In this document: positions 7,863-17,118 of the stretch, piece after piece | Layout: each line of letters starts with the position of its first letter | How positions within the stretch are numbered: the first letter of the stretch is position 1 | NCBI GenBank assembly: GCA_963675515.1 | Contig: OY776328.1 | Coordinates: 2,250,001-2,282,000 of the forward strand | From: Coprobacillaceae bacterium | Lineage (GTDB): Bacteria; Bacillota_I; Bacilli_A; Erysipelotrichales; Coprobacillaceae | Length of the DNA: 32,000 nt | Direction: 5' to 3' | The notes under the pieces: generated by a model | Databases searched by the model: none | Told to the model about the DNA's origin: nothing | The model's input: the letters and a program-made list of their open reading frames with translations, nothing else | Program-made: the position numbers and the translations under genes

Positions 7863-10001
7863 ATGGATGATATAGACTATAGCTTTTCCCAGGACCGCGA
7901 AAAATCCTGGCTTCAATTCAATGAGCGCGTCTTGAACGAGGCAAACGATTTCGAAGTGCCTTTGCTCGAGCGGCTTCGCTTCATGTCGATATACGAGTCG
8001 AACCTCCAGGAATTTTTCCGGGTCCGCGTCGGTTCGCTCCATGACATGATCGCCTCGGATCCGATCCATCATGATTCAAGAAGCGACTTGACCCCACAGC
8101 AGCAATTGAGCGATGTTTTAAAACGGGTAAAGAAACTGACAAGTTCGCAATCAAAGATCTACAACAATCTCAATCAGGAACTGATACTACGCGACATCCA
8201 AGTATGCAAGGTGGACGATTTGAAAAACAAGGACATCAAATATCTAGAAAATTATTTCAATGACACAATCGCCACAATGCTTACCCCGATCGTGCTTTCA
8301 CCGCTGCATCCTTTCCCCCATCTTGAAAATGGAAACACCTATCTTTCGGTTTTGCTTGAAAGATCCAAGGAATCGAGCTATGGTCTGGTTCCGCTCAACC
8401 CCAAATTCGCTCCGGTGGTATTCCTTCCAGGCAATTCCTTACGCTTTATTCTGGTCGAAGATATTCTGGAAATGTTCGCCGGCCATATCTTCAACAACTA
8501 CATTGTCAAGTCGACAGCGCTTATTCGCGTCACCCGTTCGGCCGACATCGACCCGGACGAAGCCGACGAGGATTACCGTGAGGCGATGAAAAAGCTGATC
8601 AAAAAAAGAAGACGGCTTGAAGTTGTACGGCTCGAATCAAACAAACCGCTCAACGAGAAGGTGTACAACTTTTTAAAACCTAATTTGAAGATAGAAGATG
8701 ATTCATTTTTCATCACCGGCGTTCCTTTCAATTGGAAATTCATATCGGAGATAAACCAGAAACTTCCACTCCAACTTCAGGAGAGTTTCAATTACAAGCC
8801 ATTCAGGCCATATCCTTCAGCCCTGTTCGACCACAACGCCCCGATTACCCCGCAAGTGATCCAATCCGACAAGATTCTCTCGTTCCCTTACGAATCGATG
8901 GATCCCTACATAAACCTGTTGAAAGAAAGCGCCCGGGATTCCGATACAATCTCGATCAAGATCACGATCTATCGCCTTGCCAAGGAAGCCAAAATCGTCA
9001 AATATCTCGCCGAGGCCGCCGAAAACGGAGTCGATGTCCTGGTTCTCATGGAGTTGCGGGCCCGTTTCGACGAGGAAAACAATATCAACTATTCCCAGGT
9101 GCTCGAAGATGCGGGCTGCAAGATCATCTACGGTTTCGAAGGCTACAAGGTCCACTCGAAGATAACATTGATAACAAAGAAAAAAGGGAACAGTGTTTCC
9201 CATATAACCCAGATCGGTACAGGTAATTACAACGAGTCGACTTCGCGTGTTTACACCGACCTTTCGCTGATTACCACCGACCCTGATATATGCCTCGACG
9301 CTGTCAACTTCTTCAACAATATGACCCTCAACGAGCTTTATGGAGAATACAGTTCCCTGTTGGTTGCGCCCAACAACCTGCGCGAAAGCCTCGTCGCCCA
9401 GATTGAAAACCAGACAATGAACGCCCAAAACGGCTCGGCTAGCTACATCTACATGAAGATGAATTCCCTGACCGACCGGACCATCATCGATGCATTGGCA
9501 TCAGCCAGTCAGGCCGGGGTCAAGATTGACCTGGTAATCAGGGGGATTTGCTGCATCGTTCCCGGGGTAGTTGACAAGACTGACAACATCACAATCAAAT
9601 CAATCGTGGGACGCTTCTTGGAGCATTCGCGGATCTATTCATTCGGCTTGAATGAACAGAACACCATGTATATCGGATCATCGGATATGATGACCCGAAA
9701 CACAATGCGACGCGTGGAAATATGCGCTCCAGTAAAGGATCCCCTGATCAAGTCAAGAATTCAGGAGATCATCGATCTTACGATGGCGGACAATGTCAAG
9801 GGCTCTTACCTGCAGCCAAACGGAAAGTACGTAAAGATAATCAAAGACGGCAAACTGGTGAACTCGCAGGAAATACTCTTGGAAAACGCCCGGGTGAATG
9901 CCCGGATGATCGCCAATGGCGTCAACAATTCCAATACTGGAAAATCCAATGGAGGCTTTTTCGCTTTCATCAAGAATATGTTCAACAAAAAAATCGATTA
10001 G
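7863..10001 (+). CDS. ppk1: Polyphosphate kinase 1
   Basis: 712 aa. The N-terminus has SWLQFNERVLNEA and FFRVRVG. Two PLD-like HKD-type motifs are present, KVHSKITLI and FLEHSRIY. The size is typical of PPK1. Confidence 0.9.
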   Translation: MDDIDYSFSQDREKSWLQFNERVLNEANDFEVPLLERLRFMSIYESNLQEFFRVRVGSLHDMIASDPIHHDSRSDLTPQQQLSDVLKRVKKLTSSQSKIYNNLNQELILRDIQVCKVDDLKNKDIKYLENYFNDTIATMLTPIVLSPLHPFPHLENGNTYLSVLLERSKESSYGLVPLNPKFAPVVFLPGNSLRFILVEDILEMFAGHIFNNYIVKSTALIRVTRSADIDPDEADEDYREAMKKLIKKRRRLEVVRLESNKPLNEKVYNFLKPNLKIEDDSFFITGVPFNWKFISEINQKLPLQLQESFNYKPFRPYPSALFDHNAPITPQVIQSDKILSFPYESMDPYINLLKESARDSDTISIKITIYRLAKEAKIVKYLAEAAENGVDVLVLMELRARFDEENNINYSQVLEDAGCKIIYGFEGYKVHSKITLITKKKGNSVSHITQIGTGNYNESTSRVYTDLSLITTDPDICLDAVNFFNNMTLNELYGEYSSLLVAPNNLRESLVAQIENQTMNAQNGSASYIYMKMNSLTDRTIIDALASASQAGVKIDLVIRGICCIVPGVVDKTDNITIKSIVGRFLEHSRIYSFGLNEQNTMYIGSSDMMTRNTMRRVEICAPVKDPLIKSRIQEIIDLTMADNVKGSYLQPNGKYVKIIKDGKLVNSQEILLENARVNARMIANGVNNSNTGKSNGGFFAFIKNMFNKKID

Positions 10002-10019
10002 TTTTCTAATCGATTTTTT
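9987..10019. terminator. Bidirectional terminator shared by the convergent ppk1 and V-ATPase D genes
   Basis: AAAAAAA-TCGATTAG-tttt-CTAATCGA-TTTTTT, a perfect palindrome with an A run on one side and a T run on the other. Both stop codons (TAG 9999-10001 on plus, TAA 10000-9998 on minus) lie inside the left arm of the stem. Confidence 0.65.
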
Positions 10020-10618
10020 CTTTCCTTGATTACTTTTTGACGGGTGAATTCTTCCCGTTCCTTTTCCTCAAGAGATTCGGATATGAATTTATTAGTCTCC
10101 TTCAAGCGAGGAATCGTGATATTCTGCAAGGCATTGGCCCGTTTCTGGGTCCTGCGGATCGCATCGGCCAGACGGTAAACACTGTTTTCAACTTCGGCCA
10201 ACAGAATGGTAAGTTCCTTGACGCGGTAGAAACACTGGTAAGCGTAATCCACCCGAGAGTTTGATCTTTCCATATTGTAGAAGCAAACCAGAGGCGCTTT
10301 GGCGTAATTGATTTTGGGAATCTCCACCCCCATTACCGAACGGTAGGCGATGGTGATTCCAGTGTCAATAGGTGACTCATTGACCAAAGAGGCAATCACC
10401 CCTAAGGAAATGTTGGCGTCCTGCAAAGCATCATAGGCATCCTGATAGGATGATGTGATCTGGTCGCGGATTACCTTGACCGAATCGATCAGCTGCATCA
10501 TTTCCTTGATCAGGATGTTCCTTTTTTTGTCCAGCAAATCATAGCCGACCGTAGCCAGCTGAAGTGATTTCTTATTAGCAAGCAAGTTCCCCTTGGTGGG
10601 TACAACCTTCATCGCCAT
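9998..10618 (-). CDS. ntpD: V/A-type ATP synthase subunit D
   Basis: 206 aa coiled-coil protein starting MAMKVVPTKGNLLANKKSLQLATVGYDLLDKKRNILI, a typical subunit D N-terminus. It is the last gene of the A-B-D triplet. Confidence 0.85.
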   Translation of the reverse strand: MAMKVVPTKGNLLANKKSLQLATVGYDLLDKKRNILIKEMMQLIDSVKVIRDQITSSYQDAYDALQDANISLGVIASLVNESPIDTGITIAYRSVMGVEIPKINYAKAPLVCFYNMERSNSRVDYAYQCFYRVKELTILLAEVENSVYRLADAIRRTQKRANALQNITIPRLKETNKFISESLEEKEREEFTRQKVIKERKNRLEN

Positions 10619-10620
10619 AA

Positions 10621-12063
10621 TTATTCACCTACTTTTTCTAATTCTTTGATGATCTTTGTCTGCTTGATATTGAAGCGTTCCAACGCCTGTTCATGATTAT
10701 AGAATTTGTCAAGCAAGGTGTTGTCAAGGCGGTCCAGGGCGGTTTTAGGCAAGACTGAAAGCAAGTCCCAAGCCAAATCCAATGTGTATTCGATCGAACG
10801 GTTGTCCTCGAATCCCTGGTTGACGAATTGAGCTTCGAAAAGACGACCGAACTTGACGTATTCCTTGTCAAGATCAGACAGTTCGTCCTCCCCGATTACC
10901 GACATCAGCGACTTTACTTCGCTGACGTGGTTATAGCAGGCAAACAGCTGGTTGGCAACATCCTGGTGGTCATAACGGGTATAGCCTTCCCCGATACCAT
11001 CCTTCATCAGACGTGACAGTGACGGCAATACTCCGACCGGCGGATATATACCCGCACTGTTGAGGTCGATATCCATTGAAATCTGACCTTCGGTGATGTA
11101 TCCGGTCAAATCGGGAACCGGATGGGTAATGTCATTGTTTGGCATCGTCAGGATTGGAATCTGGGTAACAGATCCTTTGGCGTATTTGGAAATCCCCGCT
11201 CTTTCATAAAGTGATGCCAGATCCGAATACAGATACCCCGGGTATCCTTTACGACCTGGGATTTCACCTGTAGAAGACGAGAATTCACGCAAGGCTTCAC
11301 AGTAAGAAGTCACGTCAGTATAGATAACCAAAACGTGCATGTCTTCCTCGAAAGCCAGATATTCAGCTGCTGTAAGAGCGCATCTAGGCGTCAGGATTCT
11401 TTCAATGATCGGATCGTTGGAAATGTTCATGAACATTACAACCCGGTCCATGATTCCCGCTTCCTTGAAGCTTCGTTTGAAGTAATCCGCGACGTCGTTG
11501 GTAACCCCCATAGCCCCAAAAACAACCGCGAACCCTTGACCGTTGTCTTGGGCTACTTTGGCCTGTTTTACGATTTGGACTGCAAGCTGGTTGTGTGGCA
11601 ATCCGGAAACCGAGAAGATCGGCAACTTCTGCCCCCTGATAAGGGTGGTCAGACAGTCGATGGTTGAAACACCAGTATTGATGTAGTCACGTGGGTAAAC
11701 ACGTGATACCGGATTTAGCGGCAGGCCGTTGATGTCCATTGACTTGCTCGCATAAACCTGTCCCAGGCCATCGATAGGTTTTCCAGCCCCATTGAAGACC
11801 CTTCCCAGGATCTCTTTGGAAACCGGAAGTTCCATCGGGTGCCCGGTAAGGCGGGTCTGTGAATTGGTGAGCGAAAGCTCGAAGGTTCCTTCAAAGACCT
11901 GGATAACGACTCTGTTTCCCTGGATTTGGACAATCCGGCCATTACGCATGGTGCCGTTATCGAGATGTAGTTCGACCATTTCATCGTAGCTAGCGTTTTC
12001 AACGTTATCCAAAACTACCAATGGTCCATTTATTTCATTTAAACCGACATATTTCAGACTCAT
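10621..12063 (-). CDS. ntpB: V/A-type ATP synthase subunit B
   Basis: 480 aa. The beta-barrel N-terminus, a nucleotide-binding fold without a canonical P-loop (FGAMGVTNDVA), and motifs such as GYPGYLYSDLASLYERAG and PNNDITHPVPDLTGYITEGQI fit subunit B. Confidence 0.9.
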   Translation of the reverse strand: MSLKYVGLNEINGPLVVLDNVENASYDEMVELHLDNGTMRNGRIVQIQGNRVVIQVFEGTFELSLTNSQTRLTGHPMELPVSKEILGRVFNGAGKPIDGLGQVYASKSMDINGLPLNPVSRVYPRDYINTGVSTIDCLTTLIRGQKLPIFSVSGLPHNQLAVQIVKQAKVAQDNGQGFAVVFGAMGVTNDVADYFKRSFKEAGIMDRVVMFMNISNDPIIERILTPRCALTAAEYLAFEEDMHVLVIYTDVTSYCEALREFSSSTGEIPGRKGYPGYLYSDLASLYERAGISKYAKGSVTQIPILTMPNNDITHPVPDLTGYITEGQISMDIDLNSAGIYPPVGVLPSLSRLMKDGIGEGYTRYDHQDVANQLFACYNHVSEVKSLMSVIGEDELSDLDKEYVKFGRLFEAQFVNQGFEDNRSIEYTLDLAWDLLSVLPKTALDRLDNTLLDKFYNHEQALERFNIKQTKIIKELEKVGE

Positions 12064-12072
12064 TTTATCCCC

Positions 12073-13821
12073 CTAAGCTACTGATTGGATTGCCTGATCG
12101 ATTTCTTTGATATAGCCATCAAGCAATTCAATATTATCGTTTGGAACATCGTATTTCATTTTTACAATCTTATCGAAGATTCCGGTTTTAACCAATTGGG
12201 AAACAACGCGACCGCTGCTTACCGCCTGGTTCGAACGGTTGTACAAATGAATGATGACTTCCATCATTTTCAACTGTTTAGCCATTGGGACATATGTGTC
12301 ATCCTTGTGGAAGGCATTTTGTTGCAGGTAACCGACCCGGATGATGCGGGCAACTTCGATTATCAGTTTTTGGTCTTCAGGCAGGACATCAGGTCCCATC
12401 AGGTTGACGATTTCAAGCAGCTTGGCTTCTTCTGCGAGCAAATATGCCAATATCTGGCGGTCTTTGACCCAGTTTTCGCTGACATTTTCATCCAGCCAAG
12501 AGCTCAGGTCTAGGACATAATCCGAATATGACTGCGTCCAGTTGATAGCGAAGTAGTGACGGGCATAAGCCAGCGATTTGTCCAAGGCCCAGAAACAACG
12601 GACGAAACGTTTCGTGTTTTGGGTTACCGGTTCCGAGAAATCGGCACCTTGAGGCGAAACAGCTCCGATGATCGTTACCGACCCCTGGCTGCCATTAAGA
12701 GTTTCCATGTAACCGGCACGTTCGTAGAATTGGGAAAGACGTGAAGGAAGGTACGCCGGGAACCCTTCTTCGGCCGGCATTTCTTCAAGACGTCCTGAAA
12801 TTTCACGCAAAGCTTCAGCCCAACGTGAAGTCGAGTCGGCCATGATTGCCACGTGATATCCCATGTCACGGTAGTATTCAGCCAGAGTAACTCCGGTATA
12901 GATGGAAGCTTCACGGGCCGCTACTGGCATGTTTGAGGTGTTGGCAATCAACACTGTCCGGTCAGTCAACGGCCGGTTTGATTTCGGGTCTATCAACTCC
13001 CCAAATTCTTCAAGAACCTGGGTCATTTCGTTTCCACGTTCCCCACATCCGACATAAACGATGATATCGGCATCGCACCATTTGGCGATCTGATGCTGGG
13101 TCATTGTCTTACCGGTACCAAATCCACCCGGGATTGCCGCCGTACCGCCTTTGGCGATCGGGAACAATGTGTCGATTACCCTTTGTCCGGTGACAAGAGG
13201 CATCGCGATAGGAAGCCTTTCCTTGATTGGACGGGCAATCTTGATCGGCCATCTTTGCATCAGGGAAATCTCATGGATTTTCCCGTTTTCATCTTCCAAT
13301 TTGACCAATGTCGTTTGGACGTTGTATTGGCCGTTTGCCACAACTTCAACAACTTTCCCTGAGATGTTTGGTGGAACCATTGATTTGTGGGTGATCAGCG
13401 GAGTTTCCGGGCAGGTTGCGATAATCGCACCGCTTGCCAGCTCGTCACCGATTGCGACCTGGATTGTGACATCCCACATTTTTTCCAGATCCAAAGATGG
13501 AACATTGGATCCGGCTTCGATAAAGGCCCCCGATTGTTCTTCCAGGTCTTTTAGCGGTCTTTCGATTCCGTCGAAGATATTGGTGATGATTCCGGGACCT
13601 AATGTCGCCGAAATCGGTGATCCTGTTGATAAAACTGGCTCTCCGGGTTTTAATCCAGTGGTCGTTTCATATACCTGGATCGTTGTGAACCTGTCATTGA
13701 TCGAGATTACTTCCCCCATCAATTGAGTGTGTCCGACGTAAACCATTTCCAACATTTGGAATGTTTTCGAGTCTTTTACTTTAACAACGGGTCCATTGAT
13801 TGAATAAATTACATCGCTCAT
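12073..13821 (-). CDS. ntpA: V/A-type ATP synthase catalytic subunit A
   Basis: 582 aa with Walker A GGFGTGKT, plus ADSTSRWAEALREISGRLEEMPAEEGFPAYL and the non-homologous insert region typical of A subunits. Confidence 0.92.
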   Translation of the reverse strand: MSDVIYSINGPVVKVKDSKTFQMLEMVYVGHTQLMGEVISINDRFTTIQVYETTTGLKPGEPVLSTGSPISATLGPGIITNIFDGIERPLKDLEEQSGAFIEAGSNVPSLDLEKMWDVTIQVAIGDELASGAIIATCPETPLITHKSMVPPNISGKVVEVVANGQYNVQTTLVKLEDENGKIHEISLMQRWPIKIARPIKERLPIAMPLVTGQRVIDTLFPIAKGGTAAIPGGFGTGKTMTQHQIAKWCDADIIVYVGCGERGNEMTQVLEEFGELIDPKSNRPLTDRTVLIANTSNMPVAAREASIYTGVTLAEYYRDMGYHVAIMADSTSRWAEALREISGRLEEMPAEEGFPAYLPSRLSQFYERAGYMETLNGSQGSVTIIGAVSPQGADFSEPVTQNTKRFVRCFWALDKSLAYARHYFAINWTQSYSDYVLDLSSWLDENVSENWVKDRQILAYLLAEEAKLLEIVNLMGPDVLPEDQKLIIEVARIIRVGYLQQNAFHKDDTYVPMAKQLKMMEVIIHLYNRSNQAVSSGRVVSQLVKTGIFDKIVKMKYDVPNDNIELLDGYIKEIDQAIQSVA

Positions 13822-13835
13822 ACAATTTCCCCTTC

Positions 13836-14432
13836 CTATTTGATTATCAAGCCTGAATTTTTAGTGAAGTATGCTTTTTGGTCTTCAAGGATAAAACTCA
13901 ATGAATTATCGATGACGACATTTGTCTTCGGGTTCAACAGAATGAATCCTCCGATAGTCAATTTTTCGCTGGCAATGACTTCAGCTTTCAATCCGTAGGC
14001 GCTCAATATTTTAGCTTCGTATTTTTTGTCTTTTTCACTGACCAGGATCTGGGCGTCCTCAAAACCGTAATTTTGGGCCGCCTCCTTTATCTTGGATAGC
14101 AAGAATTCTTCGTATTTCCCACTGTTTGTGAATTCAATCAGTTTAGCTCTGGCTCCTTCAAAAACCGTCTTGACATAACCATCACGCAGGCCAATTAGAT
14201 CCTGGCGTTGTTTGGTCGCATCCGTCGCACTCGCAACAGTCGATTGCAATTGAAGTGCCGTAAGTTCTTTTTCAAATCGAGCTTGAACTTCTTTGGAAAC
14301 TTCGGCTTTTATTTCCTCTTCGGCATTGTCTCTAAGCGCCTTTGCTTCTTCTAAAAGTCTTGCCTCTTGAGCGGCTGCTTCACGTTCAATCTCTTCTTTC
14401 ATGTAAAGAAATACTTGATCATTATTTGGCAT
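13836..14432 (-). CDS. ntpE: V/A-type ATP synthase subunit E (peripheral stalk)
   Basis: The N-terminal half is a charged coiled coil and the C-terminal half is globular (KLTIGGFILLNPKTNVVIDNSLSFILE), as in subunit E. I chose the ATG at 14432 (AGGAG 8 nt upstream) rather than the GTG at 14435. Confidence 0.7.
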   Translation of the reverse strand: MPNNDQVFLYMKEEIEREAAAQEARLLEEAKALRDNAEEEIKAEVSKEVQARFEKELTALQLQSTVASATDATKQRQDLIGLRDGYVKTVFEGARAKLIEFTNSGKYEEFLLSKIKEAAQNYGFEDAQILVSEKDKKYEAKILSAYGLKAEVIASEKLTIGGFILLNPKTNVVIDNSLSFILEDQKAYFTKNSGLIIK

Positions 14433-14442
14433 CACATTACTC

Positions 14443-14751
14443 CTATAGTTTCACCCCAACTGCTTCGGATACATATTTATCGATGGTCTCACCGATTTTT
14501 GATTCGCCATGGCGATCGGGTATCTCAACAATTAGAGGCTGACGTTGTTTTAATTTGATTTGTGAGATAACATCAGGTGCTAGCTCAATAAGTTTTGTCG
14601 TAATCAGGATGATCCCAATCGATCGGTCCTTGATTTTTTCTTCAAGCAGTTCCAGAAATTCACGTCTTTCATGGACCACTTCGCCTTCAATACCTACTAA
14701 CCTTAGCCCAACTTGAGTATCCACGTTATCACTAAGTAAATAGAATTTCAT
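14443..14751 (-). CDS. V/A-type ATP synthase subunit F
   Basis: 102 aa, MKFYLLSDNVDTQVGLRLVGIEG...IGIILITTKL, the characteristic subunit F pattern and size. Confidence 0.75.
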   Translation of the reverse strand: MKFYLLSDNVDTQVGLRLVGIEGEVVHERREFLELLEEKIKDRSIGIILITTKLIELAPDVISQIKLKQRQPLIVEIPDRHGESKIGETIDKYVSEAVGVKL

Positions 14752-14761
14752 TGGTAGCTCC

Positions 14762-15196
14762 TTATAATGAGTTGATGATCAGGATTGAAATCAATAGACC
14801 GTAGATGGCAACCCCTTCACCCAAGGCAACGAAGATCAATGAACGCCCGAAGTTTGCAGGGTTTTCAGAGAATGCTCCGATTGCTGCCGATGCAGCTGAT
14901 GATACGGCAATCCCGGCACCCAAAGCAGCCAGACCAGTTGACAATGCCGCTGCGACGAATCCCAAACCTTGTGCGATTGTACCAGTCATCGGATTTGCAG
15001 TTTCAGCAGCCAATACGCCGTTGGACATGATTGAGAACGTGAATACCAGAGCAACTGCTCCAAAGAAACCAAGCACATGAGTTGCCAGACGGAATTTTGC
15101 CGATTTCACATCGCATTTTCCTTGGAACACTTTGACTAAAGGTAAAGACAACAATACAACTGCAACTAAAGGTAAGATAAATTCAACTAATTTCAT
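14762..15196 (-). CDS. ntpK: V/A-type ATP synthase proteolipid subunit K (c-ring); the N-terminal half is atypical
   Basis: 144 aa. The C-terminal hairpin GLGFVAAALSTGLAALGAGIAVSSAASAAIGAF...RSLIFVALGEGVAIYGLLISILI is a c-subunit hairpin with one conserved Glu. The N-terminal ~70 aa are hydrophobic but lack the Gly/Ala-rich c-type pattern. Confidence 0.8.
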   Translation of the reverse strand: MKLVEFILPLVAVVLLSLPLVKVFQGKCDVKSAKFRLATHVLGFFGAVALVFTFSIMSNGVLAAETANPMTGTIAQGLGFVAAALSTGLAALGAGIAVSSAASAAIGAFSENPANFGRSLIFVALGEGVAIYGLLISILIINSL

Positions 15197-15216
15197 TTTA
15201 AGATTCTCCTCGTATG

Positions 15217-17103
15217 TTATTTATTGACAATATTTTTAAATGGCATACCATCGCCATCATAATATCTTGAAAACATTTCATAAAACTCAAGCCGCAATAC
15301 CTGGATTCCGACGATAAGACCTTCAAGTCCCATGACGAAAAGGTTTCCAAATATCAAGACAAGATAAAAACCGATACCGCCAAACATTTCCGCGATTGTA
15401 TAAACCACGAGCATCATTCCGGCATGGGAAAGGACGAAGCCTCCGACCCGCAAGAACGACATTGTGTTCGCCAAAAATGTAAGCATGATTTCAAAAAGTT
15501 CGAAGAATGCTTCGGTAAGACCCATCGCCATTCCTTCAGGGAAAAGCTTGTGGCCTTCGATCTTGCGTTCGATGATTTCCTTGAAAAACATCAAAAAGAA
15601 TGTGACGGTAGCCAGGATTTTCAAAATCGGTGCAATGCCCAGATCAATTCCGAACATTCCCAAAGCCAGCAACAAGACGGAAACATAGAAAACCAGACCG
15701 GAGATGCAGTTCTGGGAAAGAACCATCTCGACATAGCGTTTGCGCCTCAGGTTGGTGATGATCGCAATCGACATCGAAACGACAATCAGCGCGATCCCCA
15801 GCCCGACCGATAAGCCAAGCAAAGTCATGGTGTTATCCGATTCCATCGGCAGGAATATCGGCGTAAGGATTTCTTCGGACCCGAAAACCGAACCGAAGAT
15901 GATCCCGAAAATGACCGAAACGATGGCTACCCGCATCCCGATTCCTGCCAGAGCGTTCTTGGTTTTGCGGTACATAAGAGTTGCGACGATACCAATCAGG
16001 AGTCCCTGACCGACATCGGCGAACATGATCCCGAAAAGCAGCGAATATGAAAGCGCCAGGTAACTTGTCGGATCGATATCCCGATAAGAAGGCACTCCGT
16101 ACATCTCGACAAAGATCCTAAACGGTTTGGAAAACCAGTTCTCGGTAAGCTTGGTCGGAGGTGTCAGCCGGACATCGCTGTCGGCCGGACGGACTGAAAC
16201 ATGGACGTTGTCAAAACGTTCAAAATTGGCCTTGAACTCATCGGCCTTGCTTTTTTCGATAAAGCCGGTGATCGCCAGATGGTCACCCACCACATAGACA
16301 TAGCGTTGCATGATGAAAATCGCATTAAGATGCTTTACAACTGTATAGATCCGGTTGATTTCCTCGAAATTGTTCTGGTACAGTTTCTGGATCCGGTTTT
16401 GATATTTGAATATGTTTTTTTGAGAAAGGTTGGTCTCTTCCTGAATCTCCTCGACCGCCTTTTTTGGATCGCCATGGGCGAATGAGGGGATGTGGACCCG
16501 TTCGAACAACAATGAAGAGAACACGTTGTCAATTTCAGGGGCATCATTTGGTGTTGTAACATACATGCACCATGTGTATTCATCTACCTCATGGAACTGT
16601 CTGATAAAAAACGGCAAACCGTCATAGTAGCGAAGCTTGGACATGTTTTTGGTCGGCAGCTTCCCGAAGCGGATTTGCAGATATTTTGTCGTAAATAGTT
16701 CGTCGAAGTTCACATCCATTTCGACTACGTTGCGGATATGGATGATCGCCTCGCCGTTTTCCTTGACAATTCTTTCAAGCTTGTCGATAACAGCACCGTA
16801 CTTGTCGACTTCAGTGATGAAGTTTTCAACATAGTGCTTTGCTGTGATCATGTTGATCCGGTTGGAAATGGGACTTTGTTCAACCAGGTCGAATTTGTAT
16901 TTCTTTGCTGCTGTTTCAATTTTGTTTAGCAGATCTTCGTATATGTTCTCATCAGTCCAGGCTGCCAGGCTTTTGACATTGGCAGTGAATTTAGAAGCGG
17001 GCTCCAAATGAATTTCATTGTAATTCAACAGATTCACAAGCAATTCATTGTGGCTGCGACGGTCAAAATTGATATTTACGAGATTTAATTTTGTAATTGC
17101 CAC
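15217..17103 (-). CDS. ntpI: V/A-type ATP synthase subunit I (a-type stator subunit), full length
   Basis: 628 aa with a GTG start at 17103 and a GGGAGG RBS 7 nt upstream. It has a cytoplasmic N-terminal half and then multiple TM helices. The C-terminal channel motif NTMSFLRVGGFVLSHAGMM carries the conserved Arg. Confidence 0.85.
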   Translation of the reverse strand: MAITKLNLVNINFDRRSHNELLVNLLNYNEIHLEPASKFTANVKSLAAWTDENIYEDLLNKIETAAKKYKFDLVEQSPISNRINMITAKHYVENFITEVDKYGAVIDKLERIVKENGEAIIHIRNVVEMDVNFDELFTTKYLQIRFGKLPTKNMSKLRYYDGLPFFIRQFHEVDEYTWCMYVTTPNDAPEIDNVFSSLLFERVHIPSFAHGDPKKAVEEIQEETNLSQKNIFKYQNRIQKLYQNNFEEINRIYTVVKHLNAIFIMQRYVYVVGDHLAITGFIEKSKADEFKANFERFDNVHVSVRPADSDVRLTPPTKLTENWFSKPFRIFVEMYGVPSYRDIDPTSYLALSYSLLFGIMFADVGQGLLIGIVATLMYRKTKNALAGIGMRVAIVSVIFGIIFGSVFGSEEILTPIFLPMESDNTMTLLGLSVGLGIALIVVSMSIAIITNLRRKRYVEMVLSQNCISGLVFYVSVLLLALGMFGIDLGIAPILKILATVTFFLMFFKEIIERKIEGHKLFPEGMAMGLTEAFFELFEIMLTFLANTMSFLRVGGFVLSHAGMMLVVYTIAEMFGGIGFYLVLIFGNLFVMGLEGLIVGIQVLRLEFYEMFSRYYDGDGMPFKNIVNK

Positions 17104-17118
17104 AAATAATCCTCCCTT

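Noticed and set aside
7728-8072. 114-aa minus-strand ORF spanning the ppk1 promoter and 5' end
   Set aside because: It overlaps the ppk1 start and the AT-rich promoter region. It has no RBS and an odd composition. ppk1 explains the region.
8817-9428. 203-aa minus-strand ORF inside ppk1
   Set aside because: It is entirely antisense to ppk1, which has clear family motifs. This is a typical shadow ORF with no recognisable domain.
13151-13726. 191-aa plus-strand ORF inside the V-ATPase A gene
   Set aside because: It is an antisense shadow ORF of a highly conserved gene, with Ser/Ile/Pro-rich composition.
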